NCBI GenBank assembly: GCA_027491735.1
Contig: JAOZGP010000006.1
Coordinates: forward strand, 32,001 to 96,000
Length of the DNA stretch: 64,000 bases
DNA from: Thermoproteota archaeon
GTDB taxonomy: Archaea > Korarchaeota > Korarchaeia > Korarchaeales > Korarchaeaceae
Direction of reading: 5' to 3'
In this document: positions 54,483-64,000 of the stretch, one piece after another
Numbering within the stretch: position 1 is the stretch's first letter
Layout of the letters: every line of letters begins with the position of its first letter
The notes under the pieces: model-generated
Databases searched by the model: none
The model's input: the letters and a program-made list of their open reading frames with translations, nothing else
What the model was told of the DNA's origin: nothing
Made by a program: the position numbers and the translations under genes

Positions 54483-55461
54483 ATGGAGATGTCCTCAGAC
54501 AGGTGGTCAAGACCAGAAGCCCTCAGGCTGCTCAATCTTATGTTGACTGGAACTCTAAGCGAGATAAAGCCTAAGTACAACCCAGTCACTGGGTATGAGT
54601 ACTGCAGTGAGCTCTCAAGAGAGGGAATACTGTCGTGTAGAGAGGCTCTTGCTTTGATAGAGAAGCTCGTTGAGATGGGAGTCCTGAGAAAGGAGCTTCA
54701 TGATACAGTTGCTTCATGCCGCAACTGCGGCTCAGAGGTCTTCATTGTCAGAGCAACATGTCCTTACTGCGGTTCGCTGAACTTCTCTAAGGGTGTAGTC
54801 ATAGAGCACCTGGTATGTGGATACATTGGTCTTGAAGAGGATTTTCATAGGGAGGGATCTGGAAAGAAAATATGTCCTAAATGCAGGAAAGAACTCAAAC
54901 AGCAGGGCATTGACTTCCTCAAGGCTGCGAAAATTTACAAGTGTAACTCATGCGGTGACTTCTTCTCTGCTCCATCCCTCATATATAGATGCCTTGGAGT
55001 GTGGGTATGAGAACAGGATGGTGGACTTGAAGCCGAAGGAGATCTACAAATACGTCGTAATTCCAGAGAATCTAAAAAGGAAGATCCCCTTGGTGGGGCT
55101 CATCAGCGCTCTCAAGGAGATGCTCGACCCCATGGGCTATGAGATCATCTGGCCGAATGCCTCCGTGAGAATCCGATCTGGTGCGAGCCTGAGGTTTGAT
55201 GCCATCATCCGTGAGAAAGGGAAAGACCACCTCATTGCTGTGCTCGAGTTCCTCATGGATGAACCTCTGGATGACGAAAGAATTATGGCCTTCATTGCAG
55301 GAGCGGTAAAAGCTGGCTCAAAACACGCGATCATGATATACCAGGGAAATCCGGATTCCTCCGTGAAGATCATCGCCTCCAGGTTTGGTATCAGGTTAAT
55401 CGGTTTGACTAGTCCGGAGAAAACCGCAGAAGAAATCCTCAGGATCTTGTCATCTGGATGA
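54483..55461 (+). pseudogene. paralogous TackOD1-like protein with +1 frameshift at ~54996
   Basis: ORFs 54483..55010 and 54817..55461 join if one G is removed from CTTGGAGTGT, giving CLECG. Confidence 0.72.
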
Positions 55462-55470
55462 GGTGGAATT

Positions 55471-56961
55471 TTGAGACGAATCTACCTCACCTTATCACTG
55501 ATATACCTGAACATGGTCGTCATAACTATCGTGATAGGAGGTCTGCTCACGTTCGTGTCCTTCCTTCTAACCGTAGCGATGGTCTCCTTCTTCCTGGTTC
55601 AAGCAGGCATATCCCTTAAATCTAGGAGGGCCAAGCTCATTGGAGAAAAACTTCTCCCTTATACTATCTTCATTTTTCCGTTCATTGTAGCCCTGTTGAC
55701 CTCCTACGAGATCCAAAACATCTATGAGAGGATCCTTCTCAGCATACTGGCATTCGGCCTCACGATAATAAGCTGGCACTACCTCTTCCTCGTTCCGTTG
55801 GCAATTTACTATAAAAATTTGGAGGAAAGGGAGAGGGAGGAGCCTCTCCTCTACAGACCTATGGTCAGCGTGATAATTCCAGCAAGAAATGAGGAGAAGG
55901 TCATAGAACATGCTATAAAATCAGTTTTGGAGTCAGATTATGAGCCCAAGGAGGTTATAATAGTTGATGACGCATCAACTGATAGAACTTTTGAGGTAGC
56001 CCTGAAGTACCAAGGATCCAAGGTGAAGGTGCTCAGAAGAGAGGTAGGGGGTCTTGGAAAAGCGAGGGCACTTAACTTTGGTCTCAGATTCTCCAAGGGA
56101 GATGTGATAATTTTTATGGATGCTGATACTCTCATAGGAAGGGATGCCATAAGGGAGCTCGTGAGAAAGCTCCAGAATCCAAGCATCTTAGCGGTATCTG
56201 GAAATGTTGTAGTAAGGAACAGAACAAATCTCCTCACAAAACTTCAAGCGATAGAGTACATAGTAAGCTTTCACCTCTTCAGAAAGGGTCTCAGTATTTT
56301 CGGCGCAGTTCCAATAATATCGGGAGCTCTTGGGGCTTTTAGAAGGGACGTAGTGGAGGTCACCGGTCTCTATGATGTTGACATAGTAACTGAGGATTTC
56401 GACATAACAGTAAAGACCTTGAAACTGGGGAGAGTGGTGCAGGCAAGCTCGTATGCAGTTGCTTACACAGAAGTTCCGGAAAGGCTGGGGGATCTATACA
56501 GGCAGAGATTGAGGTGGTACAGGGGGGCTTTCGAGGTTCTGTTCAAGCATAGGGATGTGATGTTCTATCACGGATCCTTCGGTCATCTGAGGGCTTTGGA
56601 CTTTCCGCTTATGATAATGAACAACTTGTTAATTCCAGTGATAGATGTAGCATCCATAATTTCTATAATCCTGGCAATTCTCAGGGGACTGCTGATCCCT
56701 CTGGCTGTTCAGGTCCTTCTCTTCTCTACACTTCAATTTTTGATAACACTGGCAGCCATTCAAATAGCTGGGGAGGAGAATGTTTCGCTGGCAGCGATAC
56801 CGCTTTTTGCTGTGGGATACAAACAGCTCCATGAGTTGATAATGCTAAAAAGCTTTATCGATGTCCTTTACGCCAAACTAAGAGGGAGGAGCTTTGAGTG
56901 GACTTTTATAGAGAGGAAGGGACTGAAGCAGCTCTACCTCCACCGGAGTAACTCTCAGTGA
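55471..56961 (+). CDS. processive GT2 glycosyltransferase (PgaC/cellulose synthase-like)
   Basis: Motifs DDAS, GKARALN, DAD, TED, QRLRW; N- and C-terminal TM helices. Confidence 0.92.
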   Translation: MRRIYLTLSLIYLNMVVITIVIGGLLTFVSFLLTVAMVSFFLVQAGISLKSRRAKLIGEKLLPYTIFIFPFIVALLTSYEIQNIYERILLSILAFGLTIISWHYLFLVPLAIYYKNLEEREREEPLLYRPMVSVIIPARNEEKVIEHAIKSVLESDYEPKEVIIVDDASTDRTFEVALKYQGSKVKVLRREVGGLGKARALNFGLRFSKGDVIIFMDADTLIGRDAIRELVRKLQNPSILAVSGNVVVRNRTNLLTKLQAIEYIVSFHLFRKGLSIFGAVPIISGALGAFRRDVVEVTGLYDVDIVTEDFDITVKTLKLGRVVQASSYAVAYTEVPERLGDLYRQRLRWYRGAFEVLFKHRDVMFYHGSFGHLRALDFPLMIMNNLLIPVIDVASIISIILAILRGLLIPLAVQVLLFSTLQFLITLAAIQIAGEENVSLAAIPLFAVGYKQLHELIMLKSFIDVLYAKLRGRSFEWTFIERKGLKQLYLHRSNSQ

Positions 56962-57257
56962 AGCCCTCCTTCTTCCTATCCTGATGTATCTTATCTTTCC
57001 TTAATTTTCCTTAATTTCAATCTCTCCAGATAGCTGACAGCAAAACACTCAAGCAGGCCTCGATGCCTCTTTCACCAAACACAGTCGCTCCATACCCGTC
57101 GATCTCTATCTTAATCCATCAAATGTTTAGCAGTTACGCAAGCCAGATGTTCTGGGGCTCCTGAGGCTCCACGTGGGCCTGAGCTATCTCGTTTCAGCAG
57201 TTGGCAACATCGGTTCTAGGACGGTTGGAAGGTACATCAAGGAGCAGCTGTATCGGA

Positions 57258-57570
57258 GTTGACAGGTTCAAACTCAAGCCTATGAAGGATCAGAAGAAGG
57301 ACCCGTTCAGCTCACGCGGAATGTCTACAGTTCTCTGGAATGAAATGAATTACAAGCGCGGCCAGTCTTTCTTTACAGAAGAGATCGACTGAGATACCAA
57401 AAAGGAGTACGAGGAGTTCAAGAGAATCTCAGTTCTGCAACAACACAGCAAATGATTAGGGAGAACAACGAAGCTTGGCGGAGCTTCCTGGAACTTTAAG
57501 GCTTAAACAGAACGGCAGACTATCCAAGCATGTACACAAGGTCTCATCTTCTCGCTGCTGGAAGGACAGG
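57258..57570 (+). mobile_element. tnpB: degraded tnpB 5' fragment
   Basis: RFKLKP..LWNEMNYKR.QSFF..SATTQQMIRENNEAWRSFL..KVS..WKDR, with an in-frame stop and frameshifts. Confidence 0.75.
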
Positions 57571-57981
57571 CCAACTAGCAAAGGAAAGCCAGACCCGCCC
57601 TCCTGGCCAATGAGCTCAAACTGATTCCCTGTTCGACATCTTCCCTCACAATCAATTTTCCCCTTCTCCTTTCTACCTATTCCAGATAAGCAACAACTCG
57701 TCGATGGAGGATGCCCCGATGGTCGGTTCCATCTCTTTTGCACACCAGTCTTACAAGCGAAAGCGATCTGCAGAAAGGGGTTTGAGGCATCTCTTCATCC
57801 GGCGTAGACTCCGACCTGAACGATCTCTTCAACTAGGGTATTTCATGAGCAGCCTCCACTGAACTCCGGAGCTTTGTAGACTCCGGCTCGATTTCGATCG
57901 GAACGTCGATCCGCGGTACCTCACCTTGCATCCACGATTCGGGAGTGGGAAAAGTTTTACGAGGAAAGATTTATCTTCTAC

Positions 57982-58668
57982 ATGAGGAGGGAACTTTTGA
58001 TGACCTTCAAAGAGGAGCTGTTCAATCTCCTAAACGAGGATGAGGAGTTCAGGAAGGAGCTCACCGACAAACTCGGGATCAGTGAGATCTACAAGGAGAT
58101 CAGAAATTTGAACGTGAGATTTAATGAAATGCTTGATGAAATAAGAAAGCATACCCTGATTCTGAGGGAGCATGCCCGGATAGTAAGTGAACAGTTGAAG
58201 CGCCTTGAGGAGCACGATCGCAAGTTCAACGAGATCCTTGAGGAGATAAAGAACATCAAGATCTCACAGGCAGAGATGTCCGGGAGAATAGAGGCGCTCT
58301 CGAGGACTTACTACTCGATAAGTTCCACGCTTGGGGATCTGGTTGAAGACTGGCTTCTGACCAAGTTCGAGGAGGAGCTCAGGAGGGAGGGACTGAATCT
58401 TAAGGAGATGAGAAGGATAACTGTAGATGGAAGGGAGATAGACGCTATCCTGAGGGACGACGAGGCCGTGGTGGTGGAGGTCAGCTCCACGGTCAAGGCA
58501 GCGGATGTCCTCAAGATAGATGAGGAGGCCGAGCTCATATCGAAGATGCTCAGAAGGAACGTCAGAAAGGTTATACTTGGAATGAAAGCCGATAAAAAAG
58601 CCATAGATCTGGCCAAAGGGAAGGGAGTTGAGATAAAGGTTAGGTTTGGAGTTCCAGCCTCTCCATGA
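57982..58668 (+). CDS. coiled-coil protein with C-terminal PD-(D/E)XK nuclease-like domain (COG5493/DUF3782-like)
   Basis: LLNEDEEFR N-terminus, heptad repeats, EIDAIL...VVEVSS. Confidence 0.8.
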   Translation: MRRELLMTFKEELFNLLNEDEEFRKELTDKLGISEIYKEIRNLNVRFNEMLDEIRKHTLILREHARIVSEQLKRLEEHDRKFNEILEEIKNIKISQAEMSGRIEALSRTYYSISSTLGDLVEDWLLTKFEEELRREGLNLKEMRRITVDGREIDAILRDDEAVVVEVSSTVKAADVLKIDEEAELISKMLRRNVRKVILGMKADKKAIDLAKGKGVEIKVRFGVPASP

Positions 58669-58731
58669 CACCACCATATGCCTGAAGCTCAGATCTTCTG
58701 TTTTTCACAGGATCCTGTAGAAACTTAGCCT

Positions 58732-58847
58732 TTCTGGCTACCCACCACTTTAGTAGGGGATGAAGTGGAAGCCTAAAGGGCTATGAACACAAGGACGATG
58801 GATGCCTTAGGAGGAAGAACCTCCTATTTCAGTGGGGAGGGTGTCAA
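58732..58847 (+). mobile_element. tnpB 3' end / IS605-type right end remnant
   Basis: GATGAAGTGGAAGCCTAAAGGGCTATGAAC...GAACCTCCTATTTCAGTGGGGAGGGTGTCAA: a subterminal hairpin ending in TCAA, resembling archaeal tnpB termini as I recall them. Confidence 0.62.
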
Positions 58848-60037
58848 CTCAGTGATTTCGAGATGAGCTCGGCGATGCCCTTCACATAGTCGTCATCAAC
58901 ATATCCCTCCTCCTGAAGCCTTGCTAGTTCGCCATAAACACCCTCTTCAACCTCTTCAGTCATCAAATTCGGCCCCCAGGGAATCCTCTCAATAACAACA
59001 CAGGATGAAAGGGCTTTATTGATGTCGGTCTCGTCGAACAAGGAGTCGAACCTGCCGAACAGCTTCTCCACTCTGTGCAGGACCCCTGGCCTCCTGAACC
59101 TCAGGTTCAAGACGATGAACCTCCTCCTGCTCTTGCCCCTGGTCTCCACCCGGTATATGGGGAGCGCAGTAAGATCCAGCTGAGGGGCTGATGTCAGCGT
59201 TTCAACCAGGCGCTCGTACTCCTTTGCAACATCCTTTAACCTATCTGTGGCCTCCACCATTCCCGCTCTGAGCCTGGATCTGGTGAACTCCAGCCTTCTC
59301 CTCACATCAGATCTCTTCGGAAGACGGGATATCTGCTCCCACAGAGTCATATCCAAACGATCTCCAATCTCATGAATTCTTACAATAAGATCTTCGATCT
59401 CATTAACGCTGTTTTTGAGCTCTTCCAGGTTGGGGATCCTGGAAAGCGTTCTCATCACATCGGTGTTCGGTTCTCCAGCCGGGATCTGAAGATCGACCTC
59501 ATAACAGGTGTCCTTGAGCAGGGGAAAGGCCTCGCTGGGGACTACTCCCTCAAGTCTGATTGTCAACGGGAGAAAGGATTGTCTTCCCAGAAGCTCAAGT
59601 CCTCTCGCTATCTCTATCTCATTCTCACCACCAAGAGCTGACATAACCTCAGATTTCCAAGATTTAGCACTCTCTAGTCTGTAAGATGGAGAAAAAGCCT
59701 TAAATCCATCACAGATCAGATAGAAACTGCCGATTTCAACGCCAAAGATGGGTACGAGGCTCCTCCTGATGGAAGAGATAACTTCCTCTCTTCTATCGAG
59801 AAAACTCCTTTTCTTTCTTTTCTCCTGAATCAGTGAGAGTATTGCCGTCAGCTCGGCGTTTATACCCTGTCTATGGTAATCCGAAAGGATGTTGATCACT
59901 CTCAAGGTGATCTCTGACTCAATCCTCGGGGTGGATTTAAACTTTCCCAGCGCTGCGATATAACCCCTCAAGCCATATAGACACTTCAGCATATCAACAC
60001 AGAGAACCTGAGAATCGGAAACTTCCCAATGAAACAT
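58844..60037 (-). CDS. hypothetical protein (coiled-coil central region)
   Basis: 397-aa ORF with host-like codons; start uncertain. Confidence 0.65.
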   Translation of the reverse strand: MFHWEVSDSQVLCVDMLKCLYGLRGYIAALGKFKSTPRIESEITLRVINILSDYHRQGINAELTAILSLIQEKRKKRSFLDRREEVISSIRRSLVPIFGVEIGSFYLICDGFKAFSPSYRLESAKSWKSEVMSALGGENEIEIARGLELLGRQSFLPLTIRLEGVVPSEAFPLLKDTCYEVDLQIPAGEPNTDVMRTLSRIPNLEELKNSVNEIEDLIVRIHEIGDRLDMTLWEQISRLPKRSDVRRRLEFTRSRLRAGMVEATDRLKDVAKEYERLVETLTSAPQLDLTALPIYRVETRGKSRRRFIVLNLRFRRPGVLHRVEKLFGRFDSLFDETDINKALSSCVVIERIPWGPNLMTEEVEEGVYGELARLQEEGYVDDDYVKGIAELISKSLS

Positions 60038-60785
60038 TCAAGAATGGAACTAGTCATGAACGTGAACACCCGTCTCTGATGGTGGCTTCTCCCAAGCAGC
60101 GCGCCGCAGACCATGGGTCGTTCACGATCCTGTACATCACATCTCCTAGTGGGAATGATCCTGGTGCATGCTCGCCTTGCGCAGGAGATCATCCCTTCAC
60201 CGAACTACTAGGAGCGCGATCCGCACTGAGGTTACTGGAAGGAAGTCAAAGACAGTTCAACAACCACAGGAGCCCTGCGGCGGCATCCGGGTAAATCGCA
60301 ATCTTGATCTTTCACGAATGGCGGGATTCCTCTCGTGCGGCTTGGTGGCATCGCTGGTCTGACTATGTAGAAGATGATTCGGAGGGAGTTGACAGGGGTG
60401 CATAATGGTACGGGAAGCGCACGAACAGCTAGCTGCTGAAACCCCTGTCGCGCCTCCGCCGATGTAGGGGCGGTAAGATGTATATAAATTCATCTCACCA
60501 GCGCAGGAAGGGGTCCTCTCAATCTCTGGAGAAGCTCAATTCCCTTCCGTCCCGATCACAGAGCTTTTTAAGACAACTCGAGCGAGAACAGCAGACTTCA
60601 CTCGCAGAAGTGGCTGAGGTTCCATCACCCTCAACAGGAAGATCGGTCTCCTCACTGAACCCCTCCTCCGGGCCTGATAGCCATCTTTTCCAGATGAGTG
60701 TCTCCTATCTCTCCTGAGACAGGCCATCATCATTCAAAGCTTTGCACTTAACCCTCTCAGTCAATACAAAAAAGTGGGTGGAGGA

Positions 60786-60968
60786 TCAGTCCTCCACGGT
60801 TATGGATCCAGAGGGGCAGGACGACTCGCAGGCCCTGCACCCTATACAGTCGTCTGGATTCACTACCTCAGCCCTTTCATTCACGATCTCCAAAACACTC
60901 TGAGGGCAGACAGACACGCACGTGCCGCATCCAGTGCATGCATCCTTGTCAACGACAGGTCTGGGCAT
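60786..60968 (-). CDS. 2x[4Fe-4S] ferredoxin
   Basis: CTGCGTCVSVCP and CIGCRACESSCP; GGTGAGG RBS. Confidence 0.95.
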   Translation of the reverse strand: MPRPVVDKDACTGCGTCVSVCPQSVLEIVNERAEVVNPDDCIGCRACESSCPSGSITVED

Positions 60969-61325
60969 GGCCTCACCACCCCTTCGCCCTCAAAAAGCAG
61001 ACAAAAATTAAACCATTTCTATCCGTCCTCGAGTTGGAACGACTTCTTATTGTGTCATCTGATCCTTAGCATGAACGAGGCCTTGAAAACGGCTTGTTAC
61101 ACCTCAGACTATACGTTTTAAAAATCGATAGATGTCCAGAACGTGTCTGAGCGGGACCTTAGACGTTTGATATGGCAACCTTTTATTCTCTGACTCATTG
61201 ACACAAGGAGCTATTTGGAGGTCTGCTCATAATGAACTCCGCTCGATAGTCGAGCACTATGTATCGACATCGTCTCACGCGCCTGAGTCGACTGTCCTAT
61301 CCATTTAAGTTAAATTTATGGTGAT

Positions 61326-63095
61326 GTGCAGAAAGGTGTGCTAGTGGTTCATCACACCCTCCGACGTGTGCTTCACCTCCCAGCACAGACCGAGTGGATG
61401 AAGAGATGGTTGATCATAGATCTCCTGGGAGCTCTCGCTGGGATAGCCGGCGGGCTAGGCGCCATAGTCTTCAGGATGATGATAGCGGTGAACAGGAAGC
61501 TCTTCTTCGGCTTGATCCTAGGAAAGGTATCTTTGCAGGTTCTAAATGTCAACCTCGGCTATACAATCCTCCCCATCCTGGGAGGACTTGTAGCAGGTCC
61601 TCTCATAATGAAATTCGCCCCAGAGACGAAGGGGCATGGGGTTCCTGAGGTCATGGAGGCTGTGGCATTTAAGGGAGGTCGAATAAGAAAGAGAGTAGTC
61701 TTTCTGAAGATTCTGGTCTCCTCAGTGACCATAGGATCTGGAGGGAGTGCCGGAAGGGAGGGACCCATAGCTCAGATAGGGGCGTCCATAGGATCTGCCT
61801 TGGGGGATCTGTTCAAGCTTGACTCCAGGGATGTTCGTCTGCTGGTAGTCTGTGGTCTCTCGGCCGGGATAGCCGGAACGTTCAACGCTCCCATGGGAGG
61901 GATGCTCTTCGGCCTAGAGGTTCTCTACAGAGGAGTAGGTCTCTTCGATGCCGTCCCTGTAGCGCTCGCATCCGTGATAGGGGCGGCGATTGTGTCCGCC
62001 TACTATGGACCAAAACCCTCCTTCATAGCGCCCCCTACCCTGACCTTCACTAATCCGTCAGAGCTCATCTGGTACTTCGTCCTAGGAGCTCTTATGGGAC
62101 TCACCGCCATTGTCTGGGTTAAGATCTTCTATGTCGTGGAAGACTTCTTCACAAACCTCAGGGTCAACAGCAGCTACAAATTGGCTCTAGGAGGAGCCGT
62201 CACTGGACTGATAGGGATGTTCTTTCCTGAACATGGGATAATGGGCGTTGGATATGAGGGCATAAACATGGTTCTGGCCGGAAAGCTTGGCCTCTACCTT
62301 CTGGTAGCTCTGGGGTTGCTCAAGATGATAGCTACGGCCTGTACGATAGGTTCTGGTGGAAGCGGAGGGGTGTTCGCCCCAAGCCTCTACATAGGGACCA
62401 TGCTCGGAGGGGCAATGGGTCTTCTCTTTCAGATGGTTTCGCCATCTGTGGTGAGAAGCCCTTTCACCTATTCCTTGGCTGGAATGGCTGCTCTGTTCGC
62501 CGGAGCTGCGCAGGCACCGCTGAGCGTCATGATAATGATTCCCGAGATGTCGAACGATTACTCACTCTTGCCCCCGCTGATGGTCTCCTCGGTGACGAGC
62601 TTCATAGTAGCGAGGGTGTTCCTCAAGGGTTCTTCTATCTACACACTCAAACTGGAGAGGAGAGGCATCAGGCTGAGGATGGGAAGGTCCTTCATCCTCG
62701 AGGAGGTGAAGGTAGGAGAGATAATGACCACAAACGTCGTGAGTGTGCACGAGGACGCGACTCTCTCTGAGCTGGAGCTTCTCATAGCGAAGACACATCA
62801 TCATGGATTCCCTGTGGTCGAAGATGGAAGGCTGGTGGGCATAGTGACCTTTGGAGACCTGATCAGAATCCCGGCAGAGCTTCGCAGGGGCGTCAAGGTA
62901 GGAGACATAATGCACAAGGAGGTCGTGGTGGCCTATCCAGATGAGTCGGTCCAGATGGTCCTCGACCGCATGCTGGAGAGAAGGGTAGGAAGAGTTCCCG
63001 TGGTCAGTAGATCTGATCCAACCAAGCTCTTGGGCATAATGACTCACTCCGATGTGATGAAAGCTTATGAGGTGGCTGCGAGCGAGAGGATCTGA
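61326..63095 (+). CDS. CLC chloride channel/antiporter with two CBS domains
   Basis: Motifs GHGVPEV, GREGP, GGVFAP and a C-terminal CBS pair. The start may lie a few codons downstream. Confidence 0.94.
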   Translation: MQKGVLVVHHTLRRVLHLPAQTEWMKRWLIIDLLGALAGIAGGLGAIVFRMMIAVNRKLFFGLILGKVSLQVLNVNLGYTILPILGGLVAGPLIMKFAPETKGHGVPEVMEAVAFKGGRIRKRVVFLKILVSSVTIGSGGSAGREGPIAQIGASIGSALGDLFKLDSRDVRLLVVCGLSAGIAGTFNAPMGGMLFGLEVLYRGVGLFDAVPVALASVIGAAIVSAYYGPKPSFIAPPTLTFTNPSELIWYFVLGALMGLTAIVWVKIFYVVEDFFTNLRVNSSYKLALGGAVTGLIGMFFPEHGIMGVGYEGINMVLAGKLGLYLLVALGLLKMIATACTIGSGGSGGVFAPSLYIGTMLGGAMGLLFQMVSPSVVRSPFTYSLAGMAALFAGAAQAPLSVMIMIPEMSNDYSLLPPLMVSSVTSFIVARVFLKGSSIYTLKLERRGIRLRMGRSFILEEVKVGEIMTTNVVSVHEDATLSELELLIAKTHHHGFPVVEDGRLVGIVTFGDLIRIPAELRRGVKVGDIMHKEVVVAYPDESVQMVLDRMLERRVGRVPVVSRSDPTKLLGIMTHSDVMKAYEVAASERI

Positions 63096-63434
63096 TGAGG
63101 GGCCTGAGAGGTGCATGCATTGCTCATAATCTCTTGCGGTTCGGATCCTCCGGAGGAGGAAGCACATCATCACCTTGACCCACGCTTTCCCACCCATATC
63201 CCCGTACATGTTTGCGCTTAGAGGGAAGCTCCAAAGACTTCAAATGGCTCTGATGTTATGGGAAAGCCTGAAAGGTTGGCGTGGTGATGTGGATAGGAGC
63301 TTGAACGAAGAGCTGTGTACTGCTGGAGCATATCGATCCTCGCCGGATACCTGTCACCGTTACAAGATATCATCAAAAAGCCTCTTCAGAGAGCCTGGCG
63401 TTGGAATAATTCAAAAAAGTGAAATAAAGAGAGG

Positions 63435-63791
63435 CTACCTCACCTCCACCTCAGCATGGTTCTCCCACAGTCCGTGCAGGTTGCAATAGCTCAGCACCAA
63501 CAGGGTGCATGATCTTCTGAGCTTGAGAGACAGCTCAACCTTGGGTTCTCCGTACGACGGTCCCAGATCTATTGTGGCCAGGTGTACCGGATAAAGCCTT
63601 TCCTTCTCCTGAAGGAACACCTGGATCCACTTTATGTGATGCTCCACTGTGTTGGGATGGACAACCTCCTTTCCAACGTGTATCCTAAGCTTGATCTTCT
63701 CTCCGACCTTCACGGGTGAGGGAATCTCAACGTGAGGCTTGTGCTTTGCGGCGCCCTCCTCCTCCATCCTGATGATGTCGCCGAACCTCAT
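63435..63791 (-). CDS. superoxide reductase-like (neelaredoxin / class II SORL) protein
   Basis: Motifs KHKP, HPNTVEHHIKWI, YCNLHGLW. Confidence 0.9.
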   Translation of the reverse strand: MRFGDIIRMEEEGAAKHKPHVEIPSPVKVGEKIKLRIHVGKEVVHPNTVEHHIKWIQVFLQEKERLYPVHLATIDLGPSYGEPKVELSLKLRRSCTLLVLSYCNLHGLWENHAEVEVR

Positions 63792-63800
63792 TCAAACACC

Positions 63801-64000
63801 TCAAAACTCCTTGAACCTCTCCTTAGGAGCTCCACAGATCGGACATCTGTCCGGAGCCTCACCCTCCACAGTGTAACCGCACGCCGGACAGACATAGATC
63901 TCGCCCAAGGATATGTCGGATCCCTCAGCGACGGTGGACCTGGCATCCTCATACATCTTTTCATGTATCTTCTCCGACTCCAGAGCGAACCTCATGGACC
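63801..64000 (-). CDS. rubrerythrin, C-terminal part (runs off window)
   Basis: ESEKIH followed by the rubredoxin domain YVCPACGY...CPICG; upstream of the SOR-like gene. Confidence 0.9.
   Translation of the reverse strand, partial: SMRFALESEKIHEKMYEDARSTVAEGSDISLGEIYVCPACGYTVEGEAPDRCPICGAPKERFKEF

Noticed and set aside
60391-60445. TPP riboswitch-like GGGGTGC...GCTGA...ACCC
   Set aside because: Lacks the CTGAGA and GAACCTGAT...TAAT core, and no thiamine gene is adjacent.

Overview
Window from a thermophilic archaeon. The AGG/ATA-rich codon usage, GGTGA ribosome-binding sites and TATA promoters suggest a Korarchaeota/TACK-like host (inference). From left to right it holds: two hypothetical membrane genes; an arginine-type biosynthetic operon (argG-argH-carA-carB-lysW-lysX-lysY-lysZ-lysJ-lysK); a metal ABC transporter plus FmdE-family operon; a ~136-repeat CRISPR array (repeat GTCTCAATGTAAAGAGGATTGAAAG on the - strand); a host-GC adaptation module (cas1-csa1-cas2-cas4) plus cas6; a low-GC ~15 kb effector block in which a complete type III-B module, a CARF-HEPN effector and a decaying MNT-HepT pair sit inside a type I-A operon; an HTH-ferritin-like regulator divergent from feoA-feoA-feoB; Zn-ribbon (TackOD1-like) genes with a GT2 polysaccharide synthase; three tnpB (IS200/IS605) remnants; ferredoxin, a CLC channel, a superoxide reductase-like gene and rubrerythrin. 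The main leads are: (1) a 498-bp 'giant spacer' carrying a complete Zn-finger gene; (2) spacer sets that converge on the same conserved invader motifs, with hairpin enrichment and coding-strand bias; (3) a candidate ferritin-domain iron-sensing regulator with a 32-bp palindromic operator over the feo promoter; (4) the nested I-A/III-B operon; (5) a tnpB shell enclosing a PD-(D/E)XK nuclease gene. All calls come from reading the sequence by eye; no database searches were run.
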